A DNA stretch of 64,000 nt from Bacteroidota bacterium (GCA_029564935.1 JAKQPD010000406.1:152-64151), one strand, 5' to 3'. Positions 18,118-27,968 are shown, counted from the first letter of the stretch. Numbers and translations are program-made. The notes: generated by a model from the sequence alone, not told the origin.

Positions 18118-19398
18118 CTAGTCTTCCGTCAGAATGGAACTTATCAGCCGTATGCTCAGTACATTCGAATAATCGTACTGATATAATCCGTCATCACCTA
18201 TAAGGACAAGGACATTTCCCAGAGGGATAACGTCATAGGTATTGATATTGGGATAGGTATAAACAAGGTGATTAGTTATCGTCTTCGGATCAGAAGCATC
18301 ATAGATCTTTAGCCCGGCATTGCCATCGCAAATAAAAAGAAGGTCCCCGTCCTTACCCAGCCCGTGAGGGTTTGTCATTGAATAGGTAGCTACAAGTGAA
18401 GGAGAATTAATGTTCTTTACATTTACAACACTGAGTGTGTTCGTCGAGCCTCCGCAGGTAGTTCCTGTTCTCAGGGTAATATATGCAAGCGTATCATCAA
18501 CAATTACCGGATCACAGCTTCTGGCATGTGAAAAGAATTTTCGGGTCTGTGGAGAAAGAGGAATACTTATATCAAAAATGACCATACCTGTGGTTGTTCC
18601 CAGGAACATTGTATTTTCAGTAAGATACATTGTTTCTACACCCCATCCGGGATAAAGGTCGTTATGCTTTACGGGACTGGTCTTATTTGTAATATCAAAT
18701 ACCTTGAGGGTATTCTGATCAAGGACATAAAGGACATTTCCCTTGATGCCGAATCTTGCCATTGATCCTCCTACTCCTACACCACCACCGCTTACTCCTG
18801 AAGAGTTACCTGATGAATTGGACATCGCAGCAAAATCTGCCTTCAGCCAGAAAATGGGATAGGGATTCCGGTCCTGATTCACTTTCTCTTTAATTTTCTC
18901 AACCTCCCAGTCAATTACTACACCTTTATCCTCATCAACAAAAGCTAAAGGATAATCATTATCTGCAGGAGGTACCGTATATGGAAGAATATCTTTAATC
19001 CTTCCCGCTTCATGGATATTGTTAATATCCTGGACATCCAGAACAACAAGGTCAACAAATGAATCGGCATACATAATATACCCGGAAATTGATATATCCA
19101 CTACTCCCGGAAGGTTCACAAATGCCTTTCTAACAGGAGATGCAGGATTACTGTTATCATAAACATGTATCCCTTTAAGTTCTTCCACAATGAATATATA
19201 ATTGTCCTTGAAATAGATCTTGCCGGGATTTTCAAGCTCTGCGTTCTGCTCTACCTTAACCGCCTTCCTGAGGTTGTCATAAGACATATAGACAGGCGAA
19301 TTTCCTGTGTAAATGCGATATGTTGAATCTTCACAGGAATTAAAAAGGAAGAACCCCATTGCTATAAGAACAACAATTGGAATGATTTTTGCTTTCAT
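18118..19398 (-). CDS. LVIVD-repeat beta-propeller lipoprotein
   Basis: Lipobox FNSC. Repeated motifs: IFIVEELKGIHVYDNSNPASP, LVVLDVQDINN, LYVLDQNTLKVFDITNKTSP, MVIFDISIPLSP, LKIYDASDPK and LYQYDYSN. Confidence 0.75.
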   Translation of the reverse strand: MKAKIIPIVVLIAMGFFLFNSCEDSTYRIYTGNSPVYMSYDNLRKAVKVEQNAELENPGKIYFKDNYIFIVEELKGIHVYDNSNPASPVRKAFVNLPGVVDISISGYIMYADSFVDLVVLDVQDINNIHEAGRIKDILPYTVPPADNDYPLAFVDEDKGVVIDWEVEKIKEKVNQDRNPYPIFWLKADFAAMSNSSGNSSGVSGGGVGVGGSMARFGIKGNVLYVLDQNTLKVFDITNKTSPVKHNDLYPGWGVETMYLTENTMFLGTTTGMVIFDISIPLSPQTRKFFSHARSCDPVIVDDTLAYITLRTGTTCGGSTNTLSVVNVKNINSPSLVATYSMTNPHGLGKDGDLLFICDGNAGLKIYDASDPKTITNHLVYTYPNINTYDVIPLGNVLVLIGDDGLYQYDYSNVLSIRLISSILTED

Positions 19399-19470
19399 AA
19401 GAATTAGGTTTAGCCATTTATATTAAATCAAAAATCATGCTAAACTTTTTAACCCAAATAAAACCTTACC

Positions 19471-20202
19471 ATGAAAAAATTATCTATCCTGGCCATGATA
19501 CTGACTATTATGTCATTACCGCTTGCCGCGCAAAAAAAGAAAGATGCTCTATACCTCAGGAACGGTAGTGTAATTTACGGAAAGCTGCTGGAGATAAGCG
19601 ATAACCAGTATAAAATCCAGTCTTCTGACGGGAGTCTTTTCATATATCCGATCAGTGATGTAGAAAAGTTTATCAAAGAGGTTCCATTTATTTCAGGCAG
19701 AAAATCAGAAGGATTCGGTATAGCGCTTGAAGCAGGTTTTCTTATCGGATCTCAGGTCTCACATTATCCTGCACCATTCAGCTTTAATGTAATGGTCAAT
19801 TATACGCTGAATACCAGGAATATATTCAGCGGTGGATCGGGTGTGGAATTTCTTGGAGCTCCTTATACACCTCTGTTCGCAGAATATAAATATTTGTTAA
19901 AGGAAACCAGGGTTTGTCCGTTTGTTTTTGCACGAGCCGGAGGAATATTGCACCTTGGACCAGATGATATAGATACCTACAATGGTGAGTATGATAAAAA
20001 GAATTTTAAGGGGGGGCCGTCAATAACTATCGGAACAGGTATATCCTGGGCAAAAGAAGACGTCGAGCCCTATCTGACCTTTGCCTACCGCCATACCTCA
20101 ACAAGTTATGTGCAGAAGACCTGGAATAACAATGATTATTACGATTACACATATAAGGACAACTATAACAGGCTTGAAATCAAATTCGGATTTAAGTTCT
20201 GA
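19471..20202 (+). CDS. Putative outer-membrane beta-barrel protein
   Basis: Signal peptide (PLAAQ), alternating hydrophobic pattern and a C-terminal ...KFGFKF aromatic terminus. Confidence 0.5.
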   Translation: MKKLSILAMILTIMSLPLAAQKKKDALYLRNGSVIYGKLLEISDNQYKIQSSDGSLFIYPISDVEKFIKEVPFISGRKSEGFGIALEAGFLIGSQVSHYPAPFSFNVMVNYTLNTRNIFSGGSGVEFLGAPYTPLFAEYKYLLKETRVCPFVFARAGGILHLGPDDIDTYNGEYDKKNFKGGPSITIGTGISWAKEDVEPYLTFAYRHTSTSYVQKTWNNNDYYDYTYKDNYNRLEIKFGFKF

Positions 20203-20226
20203 AAATCAGCTGACTAATAATTCATC

Positions 20227-21234
20227 TTAACATATCCTTGGAAGCTGTAAACCGATGGGCATATCGATTATTCTCTTTCCTCCGGTGACAGTATTAAGAA
20301 TAACATGATTTTTTTCACCGCTTAATACTTCTCCGATTATTTCCGGGCGTGTTCCGGCCGGATCAGAGCGCATGATCCCGAGAATTTTGTCTTCTGATCC
20401 GGCACCGGCTATTATCAGCACCTTACCTTCATTTGCCAGGTAAAGAGGATCAAAGCCAAGCATCTCGCATGCTCCTCTCACTGGGTCGTCAACCGGCACT
20501 GAAGGTTCATCTACTGACATGCCCATTCCAGTAATTCCGGCGATCTCGTTCAATACAGCAGCCAGTCCGCCCCTTGTAACATCGCGCATAAAATGTATTT
20601 CATCACAGGCGTTACAAACCGATTCGATAAGGTGATTCAATGCCGCGCAATCTGAAACCACATTTGTTGTAAAACTGAGATCTTTTCTTGCCCCCAGGAC
20701 GGCTATTGAATGATTTCCGGGAGGTCCGTTAATTATAAGCTTATCCCCCGGGCGAATCCTTTTGCCTGAACTAATATGTTCTCTACCGGGAAGTACAGCC
20801 CCTGCGCCCGAAGTGGTTATGAACAATCCGTCGCACTTACCTTTTTCAACAACCTTCGTATCTCCGGTAACGATCTTTATTCCTGCTTTGTGAGCTTCTT
20901 CAGCCATTGAAGCGGCAATTTCTGATAGTTTAGCGAAAGGAAATCCTTCCTCAATTATAAAAGATGCTGAAAGATATAATGGTCTGGCGCCCGAAACCGC
21001 CAGATCATTTACAGTACCACATACTGCAAGCTTCCCAATATTCCCGCCCGGGAAAAACAAAGGATCAACTACATAGGAGTCAGTCGTAAATGCAAGTTTA
21101 TTCCCGGTGAAATCGAGTATTGCCGAATCTGTAAGAGGCTCAGGCATACCAAAGCTTCCTGTAAAAATTTCTTTTATAAGATCATGCATCTGTTTCCCTC
21201 CACTGCCATGACCGAGGGTTATTATATCTTTCAT
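20227..21234 (-). CDS. hypE: [NiFe]-hydrogenase maturation protein HypE
   Basis: 335 aa with an AIR-synthase-like fold pattern. N-terminal LGHGSGG and the diagnostic C-terminal PRIC. Confidence 0.95.
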   Translation of the reverse strand: MKDIITLGHGSGGKQMHDLIKEIFTGSFGMPEPLTDSAILDFTGNKLAFTTDSYVVDPLFFPGGNIGKLAVCGTVNDLAVSGARPLYLSASFIIEEGFPFAKLSEIAASMAEEAHKAGIKIVTGDTKVVEKGKCDGLFITTSGAGAVLPGREHISSGKRIRPGDKLIINGPPGNHSIAVLGARKDLSFTTNVVSDCAALNHLIESVCNACDEIHFMRDVTRGGLAAVLNEIAGITGMGMSVDEPSVPVDDPVRGACEMLGFDPLYLANEGKVLIIAGAGSEDKILGIMRSDPAGTRPEIIGEVLSGEKNHVILNTVTGGKRIIDMPIGLQLPRIC

Positions 21235-22316
21235 TTTGCCAGTTTGTATTTATACCATGTATTGCATGATCCTTCATTCGAAACCATGCATGCGCCAACC
21301 GGATTCAATGGATTACATGCTCTGCTGAAAAGAGGACATTCTTCAGGTGTTTTCCACCCTCTCAGAATATCGCCGCACATACATAATTCATTATCAGGCT
21401 GTGAATTTACCATCACAGGTATTTGATATTCAGCATCAAATCTCCGGTAATCTTTTCCAGGGACAAGACCGCTTAAGAGTATTGGACCAAATCCTCTCCA
21501 GGAAGCATCACATTTTTCAAAAACAGCCTGCATTACGCTTTTTGCCAGAGGATTCCCATTCCTTGTAACAGCCCTTTTATACTGGATCTCCACAAACGGA
21601 TCATTATTATTTACCTGTTGTATAAGCATATATATACCCAGTAGTATATCTGTCGGTTCAAATCCGGTAACAACACATCCCCTGGAATATTTTTCCGGAA
21701 TGAAATCAAAGGCTGATGAACCTGTAATAACTGCAACATGACCGGGGCAGATAAATCCGTCAATGGCAGTTCCGTCTTTAAGAATTGCCTCCATGGCAGG
21801 AGGCATAACCTTATGTGAGCTGAGAACAAAGAAATTACTGATTTTTTCAATCACAGCACTTTTTATAGTAACAGCTGTGCCCGGAGCTGTTGTTTCAAAT
21901 CCGATACCGAGGAAAATGACCTTCTTATCAGGGTTAATCCTGGCTGTTTTAAGAGCATCCAGTCCTGAAAAAACTATCCTGATATCAGCACCTGAAGATT
22001 TCATTTTCTCAAGTGAAGTGAATGAACCCGGAACCCTCATCAGATCGCCAAAAGTAGTCAGAATAACATCCTTTCTCAAAGAATACTCTATTGCCTTGTC
22101 GATGAAATCCTTTTCAGTCACGCATACCGGACATCCGGGACCGGAAATAAGCTTCACCTCTTCAGGGAGAAGTGACGGAATGCCAAACCTTTGAATGGCA
22201 GCTGTATGACCTCCACAAACCTCCATGAAAGTATATGTCCCTTTTACCGATCTTCTTATCTGAGCGGCAAGCTTCATTATCAGATCCTTGTCCCTGTATT
22301 CGTCGATATATTTCAT
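21231..22316 (-). CDS. hypD: [NiFe]-hydrogenase maturation protein HypD
   Basis: MKYIDEYRD, CGGHT, GPGCPVCV and FETTAP motifs. Confidence 0.95.
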   Translation of the reverse strand: MKYIDEYRDKDLIMKLAAQIRRSVKGTYTFMEVCGGHTAAIQRFGIPSLLPEEVKLISGPGCPVCVTEKDFIDKAIEYSLRKDVILTTFGDLMRVPGSFTSLEKMKSSGADIRIVFSGLDALKTARINPDKKVIFLGIGFETTAPGTAVTIKSAVIEKISNFFVLSSHKVMPPAMEAILKDGTAIDGFICPGHVAVITGSSAFDFIPEKYSRGCVVTGFEPTDILLGIYMLIQQVNNNDPFVEIQYKRAVTRNGNPLAKSVMQAVFEKCDASWRGFGPILLSGLVPGKDYRRFDAEYQIPVMVNSQPDNELCMCGDILRGWKTPEECPLFSRACNPLNPVGACMVSNEGSCNTWYKYKLAK

Positions 22317-22543
22317 TCCGTATCGTTAATGGCGTCTTCCATCTCTTTCAGCAGCTTCATTGTTTCAGAAGCTTCTTCTTCGCTGATCTTCTGAATTGCG
22401 AATCCGGCATGAAGCAGGATGTAGTCTCCGACAGTCACATCTTCGACCATCTGCAGTCCGGCCTTAAAAACCGTTCCGCCGGCAGAAACCTCTGCCATGC
22501 TTCCGTCAATCGAAATTATCCTGGCAGGGATACTCAGGCACAT
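22313..22543 (-). CDS. hypC: [NiFe]-hydrogenase maturation chaperone HypC
   Basis: 76 aa with the N-terminal MCLSIPARI signature. Confidence 0.9.
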   Translation of the reverse strand: MCLSIPARIISIDGSMAEVSAGGTVFKAGLQMVEDVTVGDYILLHAGFAIQKISEEEASETMKLLKEMEDAINDTE

Positions 22544-24762
22544 ATTTCACGCTTTTTTGATGCAATCACCAGCTGACCAAGGGAAATTCCCCCGTCATTT
22601 GGTGGCACATAATGATTAGTAAAAGTTTCAAATTCACACTTCCTTAAAAGATATAAGGATTTTTCCACAAGATATTTGTTCTGAAAAACCCCTCCGGTAA
22701 GGACTATTTTATTAACTGATGTTTCACTGCGTATCTGAACGGCAACGTCAAGAATAAGCCTGGCAATTGTATTATGGAATTTGGCGGAAATGAGTGATAC
22801 AGATCTTTCCGGGATATCTTTCAGAATCTCTTTCAGTGTATCTCTGAACATTACTGTTTTTCCGGCCTGAAAGGGGTAGAAGTCATCCGTGAAATCACAT
22901 ATTGCCGATTCCAGTCTGATGGGAGCTTCCGAATCGAATGATGAAAATGTACACAATCCTGTCATAGCCGATACAGCATCGAACAGACGGCCTGCACCGG
23001 AAGAAAGCGGTGTATTTATTTTCTTATTCAGCATCTCCCTTAATGCTAAGAATTTTTCCTGTGAGATGGTCCTGAAGGCAGGGATGCTATAATAGTCAAA
23101 ATCATCACCAAAATATTTCCACAGATATGAAAATGCAGACCTCCACGGCTCATTTGCCGCTATATCACCTCCGGGAAGTTGTATTTCATCAAAATGACTA
23201 TATCTTCTGAATTCACACAGGTCTGTTATCATGAATTCACCGCCCCAGATTGTTCCGTCTGTTCCAAGACCTGTACCGTCAAAGCACACTCCTATAACCT
23301 CTTCGTCGATACAATTCTCAGCCATACAGGATGCAATATGCGCGTGATGATGCTGCACCTTCAGAAGAGGGATCCCGAGCCTGGCTTCAAGATTTTCTGC
23401 GTATTGTGAAGAAAGATAATCCGGGTGAAGGTCACAGGCTAAATATGAAGGCTTAAAACGGAACAATTTTCCAAATCTCTCTATCGATCCGGTGAAAAAT
23501 TCTAAAGTTGCCTTATTTCTAAGATCGCCGATATACTGACTCAGTATAGCCTGTTTGCCCTTTCCGATACAGAAACTGTTTTTCTGTTCTGCACCCAGCG
23601 CAAGAATACCTTCTGCTTCAAACCTGATATCAACGGGCCCCGGAACGAAGCCTCTTGAACGCCGGATTACAGTTAATCTGTTATTTATGAACCTGACGAC
23701 TGAGTCATCAGCCCTGTTAAGTATTTCACGGTTGTAGCTTACCATAGAATCTGCCACACGGGTCAGTTCATTACAGGCAATCACGTCATCGATTATTACC
23801 GGTTCATCTGACATATTAGCACTGGTAAAAACAATTGCGCGGGTATTTAACTTTTTGAACAACAGATAATGGAATGGCATATATGGCATTAATGCCCCTG
23901 TTGTTGACAGACCATTATTTACTGCAGGAGCCAGTTCATTTTTTTGTCTTAGAATTACAACAGGTCTTCTCCACGACAGGAGTTCATTTTTGTCCTCTTC
24001 ATCAATAAAGCAATATTCCGAAGCTGTCTCAATATCTCTGAACATTACTGCAAACGGTTTAGAATCCCTTTGCTTCCTTTTCCTGAGAGTCAGGACAGCA
24101 TTATTATTAAATGCATCGCACAGAAGGTGGTAGCCTCCAAACCCTTTAATGGCAACTATTTTTCCTGAATCTATCTGAAGCGTAATCCTTTCAACAATAT
24201 CATGAATGTCTGTACAGAATCCGGAATAGTCTTCATATTTATAAACAGGTCCGCATGAGTTACAAGCTATTGGTTGTGCATGGAAGCGCCTGTCATAAAT
24301 ATTACTATACTCAGATTTACATTTACTGCACATTTCAAAGCTTCTCATCGTTGTATTCTGACGGTCATAGGGCAATTCTTCAATAATTGTAAACCTGGGA
24401 CCACAATGTGTGCAGTTTACGAAAGGATAAGCGATCCTGGCGGGATCGGTTTCCATATCATCAAGGCATTCCCTGCAGACCGCAATATCAGGGCTTATCT
24501 CTGTTACATTCCTGTTAAAGTCTTTACTTTCCGCAATAGAAAATCCTTCATAGCCGGCAGTCCTTACAGGGCTCATTTCTATTGACTTTATACGGGATGC
24601 AGGTGGCGCGTTATGGAGCACATCATTTGTAAACCTGTCTATTGCAGAGGAATCGCCCTGAACTATAAGGTAAACTCCGTCGTTCCGGTTGTCAACTTCC
24701 CCTGATAATCCGTGCTTTACTGCCATCCGGTAGATAAACGGCCGGAATCCGACGCCCTGCAC
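22534..24762 (-). CDS. hypF: Carbamoyltransferase HypF
   Basis: Acylphosphatase motif VQGVGFRPF, two Zn-finger CxxC pairs (CRECLDD...CTHCGPRF; CSKC...CNSCGP), and YrdC-like and Kae1-like domains. The true start is probably upstream of the GTG at 24762 (see findings). Confidence 0.95.
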   Translation of the reverse strand: MQGVGFRPFIYRMAVKHGLSGEVDNRNDGVYLIVQGDSSAIDRFTNDVLHNAPPASRIKSIEMSPVRTAGYEGFSIAESKDFNRNVTEISPDIAVCRECLDDMETDPARIAYPFVNCTHCGPRFTIIEELPYDRQNTTMRSFEMCSKCKSEYSNIYDRRFHAQPIACNSCGPVYKYEDYSGFCTDIHDIVERITLQIDSGKIVAIKGFGGYHLLCDAFNNNAVLTLRKRKQRDSKPFAVMFRDIETASEYCFIDEEDKNELLSWRRPVVILRQKNELAPAVNNGLSTTGALMPYMPFHYLLFKKLNTRAIVFTSANMSDEPVIIDDVIACNELTRVADSMVSYNREILNRADDSVVRFINNRLTVIRRSRGFVPGPVDIRFEAEGILALGAEQKNSFCIGKGKQAILSQYIGDLRNKATLEFFTGSIERFGKLFRFKPSYLACDLHPDYLSSQYAENLEARLGIPLLKVQHHHAHIASCMAENCIDEEVIGVCFDGTGLGTDGTIWGGEFMITDLCEFRRYSHFDEIQLPGGDIAANEPWRSAFSYLWKYFGDDFDYYSIPAFRTISQEKFLALREMLNKKINTPLSSGAGRLFDAVSAMTGLCTFSSFDSEAPIRLESAICDFTDDFYPFQAGKTVMFRDTLKEILKDIPERSVSLISAKFHNTIARLILDVAVQIRSETSVNKIVLTGGVFQNKYLVEKSLYLLRKCEFETFTNHYVPPNDGGISLGQLVIASKKREICA

Positions 24763-24773
24763 CAGACCCTTAA

Positions 24774-25457
24774 TCAGTATTTCATACCCTTGTATAATAG
24801 CTCCAGGTTTTTAGTTCCGTCAGCCTTAATCTGTTTGTGAACATAATAGATCACACTTTCAAGTTCATCGCAGAGGTTGACATTATTAATTACAACGTCG
24901 GGGGGCATTTTCAGAAGGACCGGGGCGAAATTCACAATTCCCTTAATACCAAGACGAACCAGCTCATCTGCAACCTCCTGGGCAGATATCTCAGGAACTG
25001 CAATTATGGCAACCCTGACTTTAAACCTGTCGATGATCTCTTTCAGTCTGCTCATTGAATAAACCGGGAGGTCAGATCGCTGCTTCTGCTTGAAAGGATC
25101 GATATCGAAAGTTGCCACAATATTCATGTTCCTCTGAACAAACCGACTGTACTTCGATAATGCAAGGCCGAGATTACCCATCCCGATAAGAACTATATTA
25201 TGATCCTGATTCCTGTGAAAAATACTTTCCAATTTTTCCAGCAACTCATCTATTTTATAGCCTCCTCTCTTGTTTCCGGTAATTTTAAATTCTGAAAAGT
25301 CTTTCCTGACCTGATCAGAAGTAACCCCTGTTTCATGAGCCAGAGTATAGGAATATACCCGTTCAACTCCCATAAGTTTCAGTCTTACAAGACATGCCCT
25401 GTAGAGAAAGATCCTTTTAAGGCTGTTTTTTATTACATGTTTTGTGATTTGTTTCAC
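24774..25457 (-). CDS. rex: Redox-sensing transcriptional repressor Rex
   Basis: Winged-helix N-terminus (RVYSYTLAHETGVTSDQVRKDFSEF...GKRGGYKI) plus the Rossmann motif IVLIGMGNLGLAL. First gene of the rex-hypFCDE string. Confidence 0.9.
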   Translation of the reverse strand: MKQITKHVIKNSLKRIFLYRACLVRLKLMGVERVYSYTLAHETGVTSDQVRKDFSEFKITGNKRGGYKIDELLEKLESIFHRNQDHNIVLIGMGNLGLALSKYSRFVQRNMNIVATFDIDPFKQKQRSDLPVYSMSRLKEIIDRFKVRVAIIAVPEISAQEVADELVRLGIKGIVNFAPVLLKMPPDVVINNVNLCDELESVIYYVHKQIKADGTKNLELLYKGMKY

Positions 25458-25559
25458 ATTATTTCCTGATTAAACTATTTTTCCGAAATTTAATCAATTA
25501 TTTTAAAAAATAAAAAAGTATTTTATTTAATTGATTATTAACTTATTATCTCTTACAAA

Positions 25560-25567
25560 TATTTTTG
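25560..25567 (+). promoter_or_regulatory. Candidate -7 promoter box (TATTTTTG) for the hydrogenase operon
   Basis: Matches TAnnTTTG, 79 nt upstream of the 25646 start. Confidence 0.3.
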
Positions 25568-25625
25568 CATGAGAAAATCAGTAATTTTTCATTTGTTATT
25601 TAATATACAGAATATAATTTTATAT

Positions 25626-25643
25626 ATGTGAACTTTATCACAT
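25626..25643. promoter_or_regulatory. Candidate Rex (or CRP/FNR-family) operator ATGTGAACTTTATCACAT
   Basis: Perfect TGTGA-N6-TCACA core. Matches 11 of the 14 defined positions of the Rex consensus TTGTGAAnnnnTTCACAA. Ends 3 nt before the first start codon of the operon, in the rex-divergent intergenic region. Confidence 0.5.
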
Positions 25644-25645
25644 AA

Positions 25646-26647
25646 ATGCGTTATAATAGCATAACAAAGAAAAAATGGGATAAAGTAATTCTTGATTTGC
25701 TTTCATCTCATGATGTCTTTGCCCCTGTCAGCAGTGAGCACGGCCATGATTATAAATATATAGCCGTTTCAGATATTGAGGCAATAGTCTATAACGAACC
25801 GAAACCTGTAACTCCTCTTAAAAATTTCTTCCTGCCTGTGAAAGAAAATGTGACAGGCGAAAGGATTGGTGAAAGACCAAGGATAATCATCGGACCACCG
25901 AATTGTGATGTTGAAGCGCTTGCCCTGCTTGATGAAATTTATCTGGGCAGTGACTTCAATGACATTTTTTACAGGAAGCGTCGTGAGAATACGATCATTA
26001 TTGGTTCTGACTGTATTGGAAAGCAGGAACATTGCCATTGCACTTCCTATGGTATAAGACCATATCCGACAACCATTGCCGATCTTGGCCTGATTATCAT
26101 TGAAGGCATTGTGTATCTAAGGATAATTACACAGAAGGGTGAAGATTTCCTGAATAAAATTGAGTCATCACATGAATGCAAGGAGGAAGAAATTCTCTCT
26201 CTGATCGAAAGGGAACACTCTGCGACTGAGGCTCTGCTGGCAGAAACAAATAAGGGACTTCCGGATTATAAGCGAACGGGAGAGATAGTCAGCCTGGCTG
26301 GAAAAGAGATATGGTTAAAATATTCATCAAAGTGTGTTTCATGCGGTGCATGTGCAACAATTTGTCCCACATGCAGCTGTTTTCTGCTTATTGACAAGCC
26401 CGGTTTTGAAAAGGTAAAACAGCTTGACGCCTGCCAGTATCCTGGTTTTGAAAGGGTAGCCGGAGGTGAAGATTCGCTTTTCCGTCTCCACAACAGGTTC
26501 AGGAACAGATATATGTGCAAATATATCTGGAAACCTCAAAAATTCAGACCGGTCGCCTGTACCGGTTGTGGAAGATGCATCGATGCCTGTATAGGCAAGA
26601 TAAATAAAAATGAATTGTTTATGGAACTTGCCCGGACAGCTTTATGA
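25646..26647 (+). CDS. AsrA / sulfhydrogenase-beta-like Fe-S protein
   Basis: 333 aa. Contains PVTPLKNFFLP, CVSCGACATICPTCSCF and CTGCGRCIDAC. Confidence 0.75.
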   Translation: MRYNSITKKKWDKVILDLLSSHDVFAPVSSEHGHDYKYIAVSDIEAIVYNEPKPVTPLKNFFLPVKENVTGERIGERPRIIIGPPNCDVEALALLDEIYLGSDFNDIFYRKRRENTIIIGSDCIGKQEHCHCTSYGIRPYPTTIADLGLIIIEGIVYLRIITQKGEDFLNKIESSHECKEEEILSLIEREHSATEALLAETNKGLPDYKRTGEIVSLAGKEIWLKYSSKCVSCGACATICPTCSCFLLIDKPGFEKVKQLDACQYPGFERVAGGEDSLFRLHNRFRNRYMCKYIWKPQKFRPVACTGCGRCIDACIGKINKNELFMELARTAL

Positions 26648-27468
26648 GCGGCCAAAGAAATATTTACAAGCCATTAAAGGCCAGACTGACTGAAGTGATT
26701 GAAGAATCGCCTCTGATAAAAACATTTGTCCTTATTCCTGAGGAAGATTTCAGTTTCAGTACCGGGCAGTTCATTGAATTATCTGTTGATGGTATCGGGG
26801 AAGCGCCTTTCACTCCTTCATCATCGCCTTTGATACATGACCGGCTTGAGGTAACTGTAATGAAAACCGGATATGTTACGGAGATCATGCACAATCTTAT
26901 TCCGGGTGTTTTTATGGGTATAAGAGGTCCGTATGGCAGGGGTTATCCTGTTGAAAGGTTCTTCGGGAAAGAGGTTCTGATACTTGGAGGCGGTTGCGGC
27001 CTTGCTCCTATCAGATCACTGCTCTATGCCCTGGAACATGTTAAGGACAATCTTGAGAAGGTAATCCTTTGCTACGGTTCCAAAACACCGGCAGACTGTA
27101 TTTATAAACCTCTGTTTAACAGGCTGAACAGCATTGATAAATTTGAAGCCTACAGGACAGTTGATAAAGGAGACGAAGAGTGGGACGGACCTGTCGGGGT
27201 TGCCCCTACCCTTCTGAATAATGTCAGTGTCAACGTCACTAATTCTGTAGCTGTTGTCTGCGGTCCGCCTGTAATGATGAAATACGGAACCCTTAAGATC
27301 CTTGAAATGGGCTATAAAGACGAACAAATTTACCTTTCAATGGAAAAAAACATGTCCTGCGGACTCGGGAAATGCGGCCACTGTATGATGGGTGAGTTCT
27401 TTGTCTGCAAAGACGGTCCCGTATTCACTTACAATGAAATTAAAGATCAACCAAATATATGGGACTGA
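26644..27468 (+). CDS. AsrB / sulfhydrogenase-gamma / PyrK-like FAD-NAD(P)-binding [2Fe-2S] oxidoreductase
   Basis: 274 aa. Contains GQFIEL...APFTPSS (flavin), LILGGGCGLAPIRS (NAD(P)) and a C-terminal CGLGKCGHCMMG...VCKDGPVF cluster. Confidence 0.8.
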   Translation: MSGQRNIYKPLKARLTEVIEESPLIKTFVLIPEEDFSFSTGQFIELSVDGIGEAPFTPSSSPLIHDRLEVTVMKTGYVTEIMHNLIPGVFMGIRGPYGRGYPVERFFGKEVLILGGGCGLAPIRSLLYALEHVKDNLEKVILCYGSKTPADCIYKPLFNRLNSIDKFEAYRTVDKGDEEWDGPVGVAPTLLNNVSVNVTNSVAVVCGPPVMMKYGTLKILEMGYKDEQIYLSMEKNMSCGLGKCGHCMMGEFFVCKDGPVFTYNEIKDQPNIWD

Positions 27469-27469
27469 T

Positions 27470-27967
27470 ATGCCTAAGAACCTTGTAATAGATATGATCA
27501 GGCTACGGGAGGCAATGTCCGGTAATTCTGACCTTACACTCCCTGAAGGATTATTCTGCCAGTCCCCAAATTCAAACGGTCTGAAAACAATTAGGGAACT
27601 GGCGACCTTCATGTTCACCTGCAGAAAATGTGAAGATGCTCCCTGTATTGCTGTCTGTCCGACTGAAGCACTTGAAAAGGACAGTGATGGAGTTGTTACA
27701 CGCCGTACCAACCTTTGCGTTTCATGTAAGTCGTGTGTTACAATATGTCCTTTCGGAACCATGATGACAGATTTCTTTGTTCATCACCGTAACCGGGAAC
27801 TGTTTTACAACCTTGGTGATGAGGATGAGGTGAAAAAATTCATTGACGCCTGTCCTGCCGGAACAGCTTATTTGACTGACGACGGTGAATCGCCTGAAAA
27901 GAATATTTACCGGCTCAACGAAAAAGTTCTTATAAGAGAGTATCTCTATAAAACTGAAATAAAATAA
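27470..27967 (+). CDS. HycB-like 4Fe-4S ferredoxin subunit
   Basis: CRKCEDAPCIAVCPTEAL and CVSCKSCVTICPFG. The ATG at 27470 lies directly after the preceding stop. The ORF-track start at 27392 overlaps the previous gene. Confidence 0.75.
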   Translation: MPKNLVIDMIRLREAMSGNSDLTLPEGLFCQSPNSNGLKTIRELATFMFTCRKCEDAPCIAVCPTEALEKDSDGVVTRRTNLCVSCKSCVTICPFGTMMTDFFVHHRNRELFYNLGDEDEVKKFIDACPAGTAYLTDDGESPEKNIYRLNEKVLIREYLYKTEIK

Positions 27968-27968
27968 T

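Noticed and set aside
21655-21665. GGTTCAAATCC, a tRNA T-arm-like string.
   Set aside because: It lies inside the hypD coding sequence. No acceptor, D-arm or anticodon-arm complementarity can be drawn around it.
20227-25457. Expectation that hypA and hypB (Ni insertion) or hydE, hydF and hydG ([FeFe] maturation) would be in the hydrogenase region.
   Set aside because: No ORF in the window shows the HypA (MHE...CxxC-x12-CxxC), HypB (GTPase with His-rich stretch) or radical-SAM HydE/HydG signatures. They are presumably encoded elsewhere.
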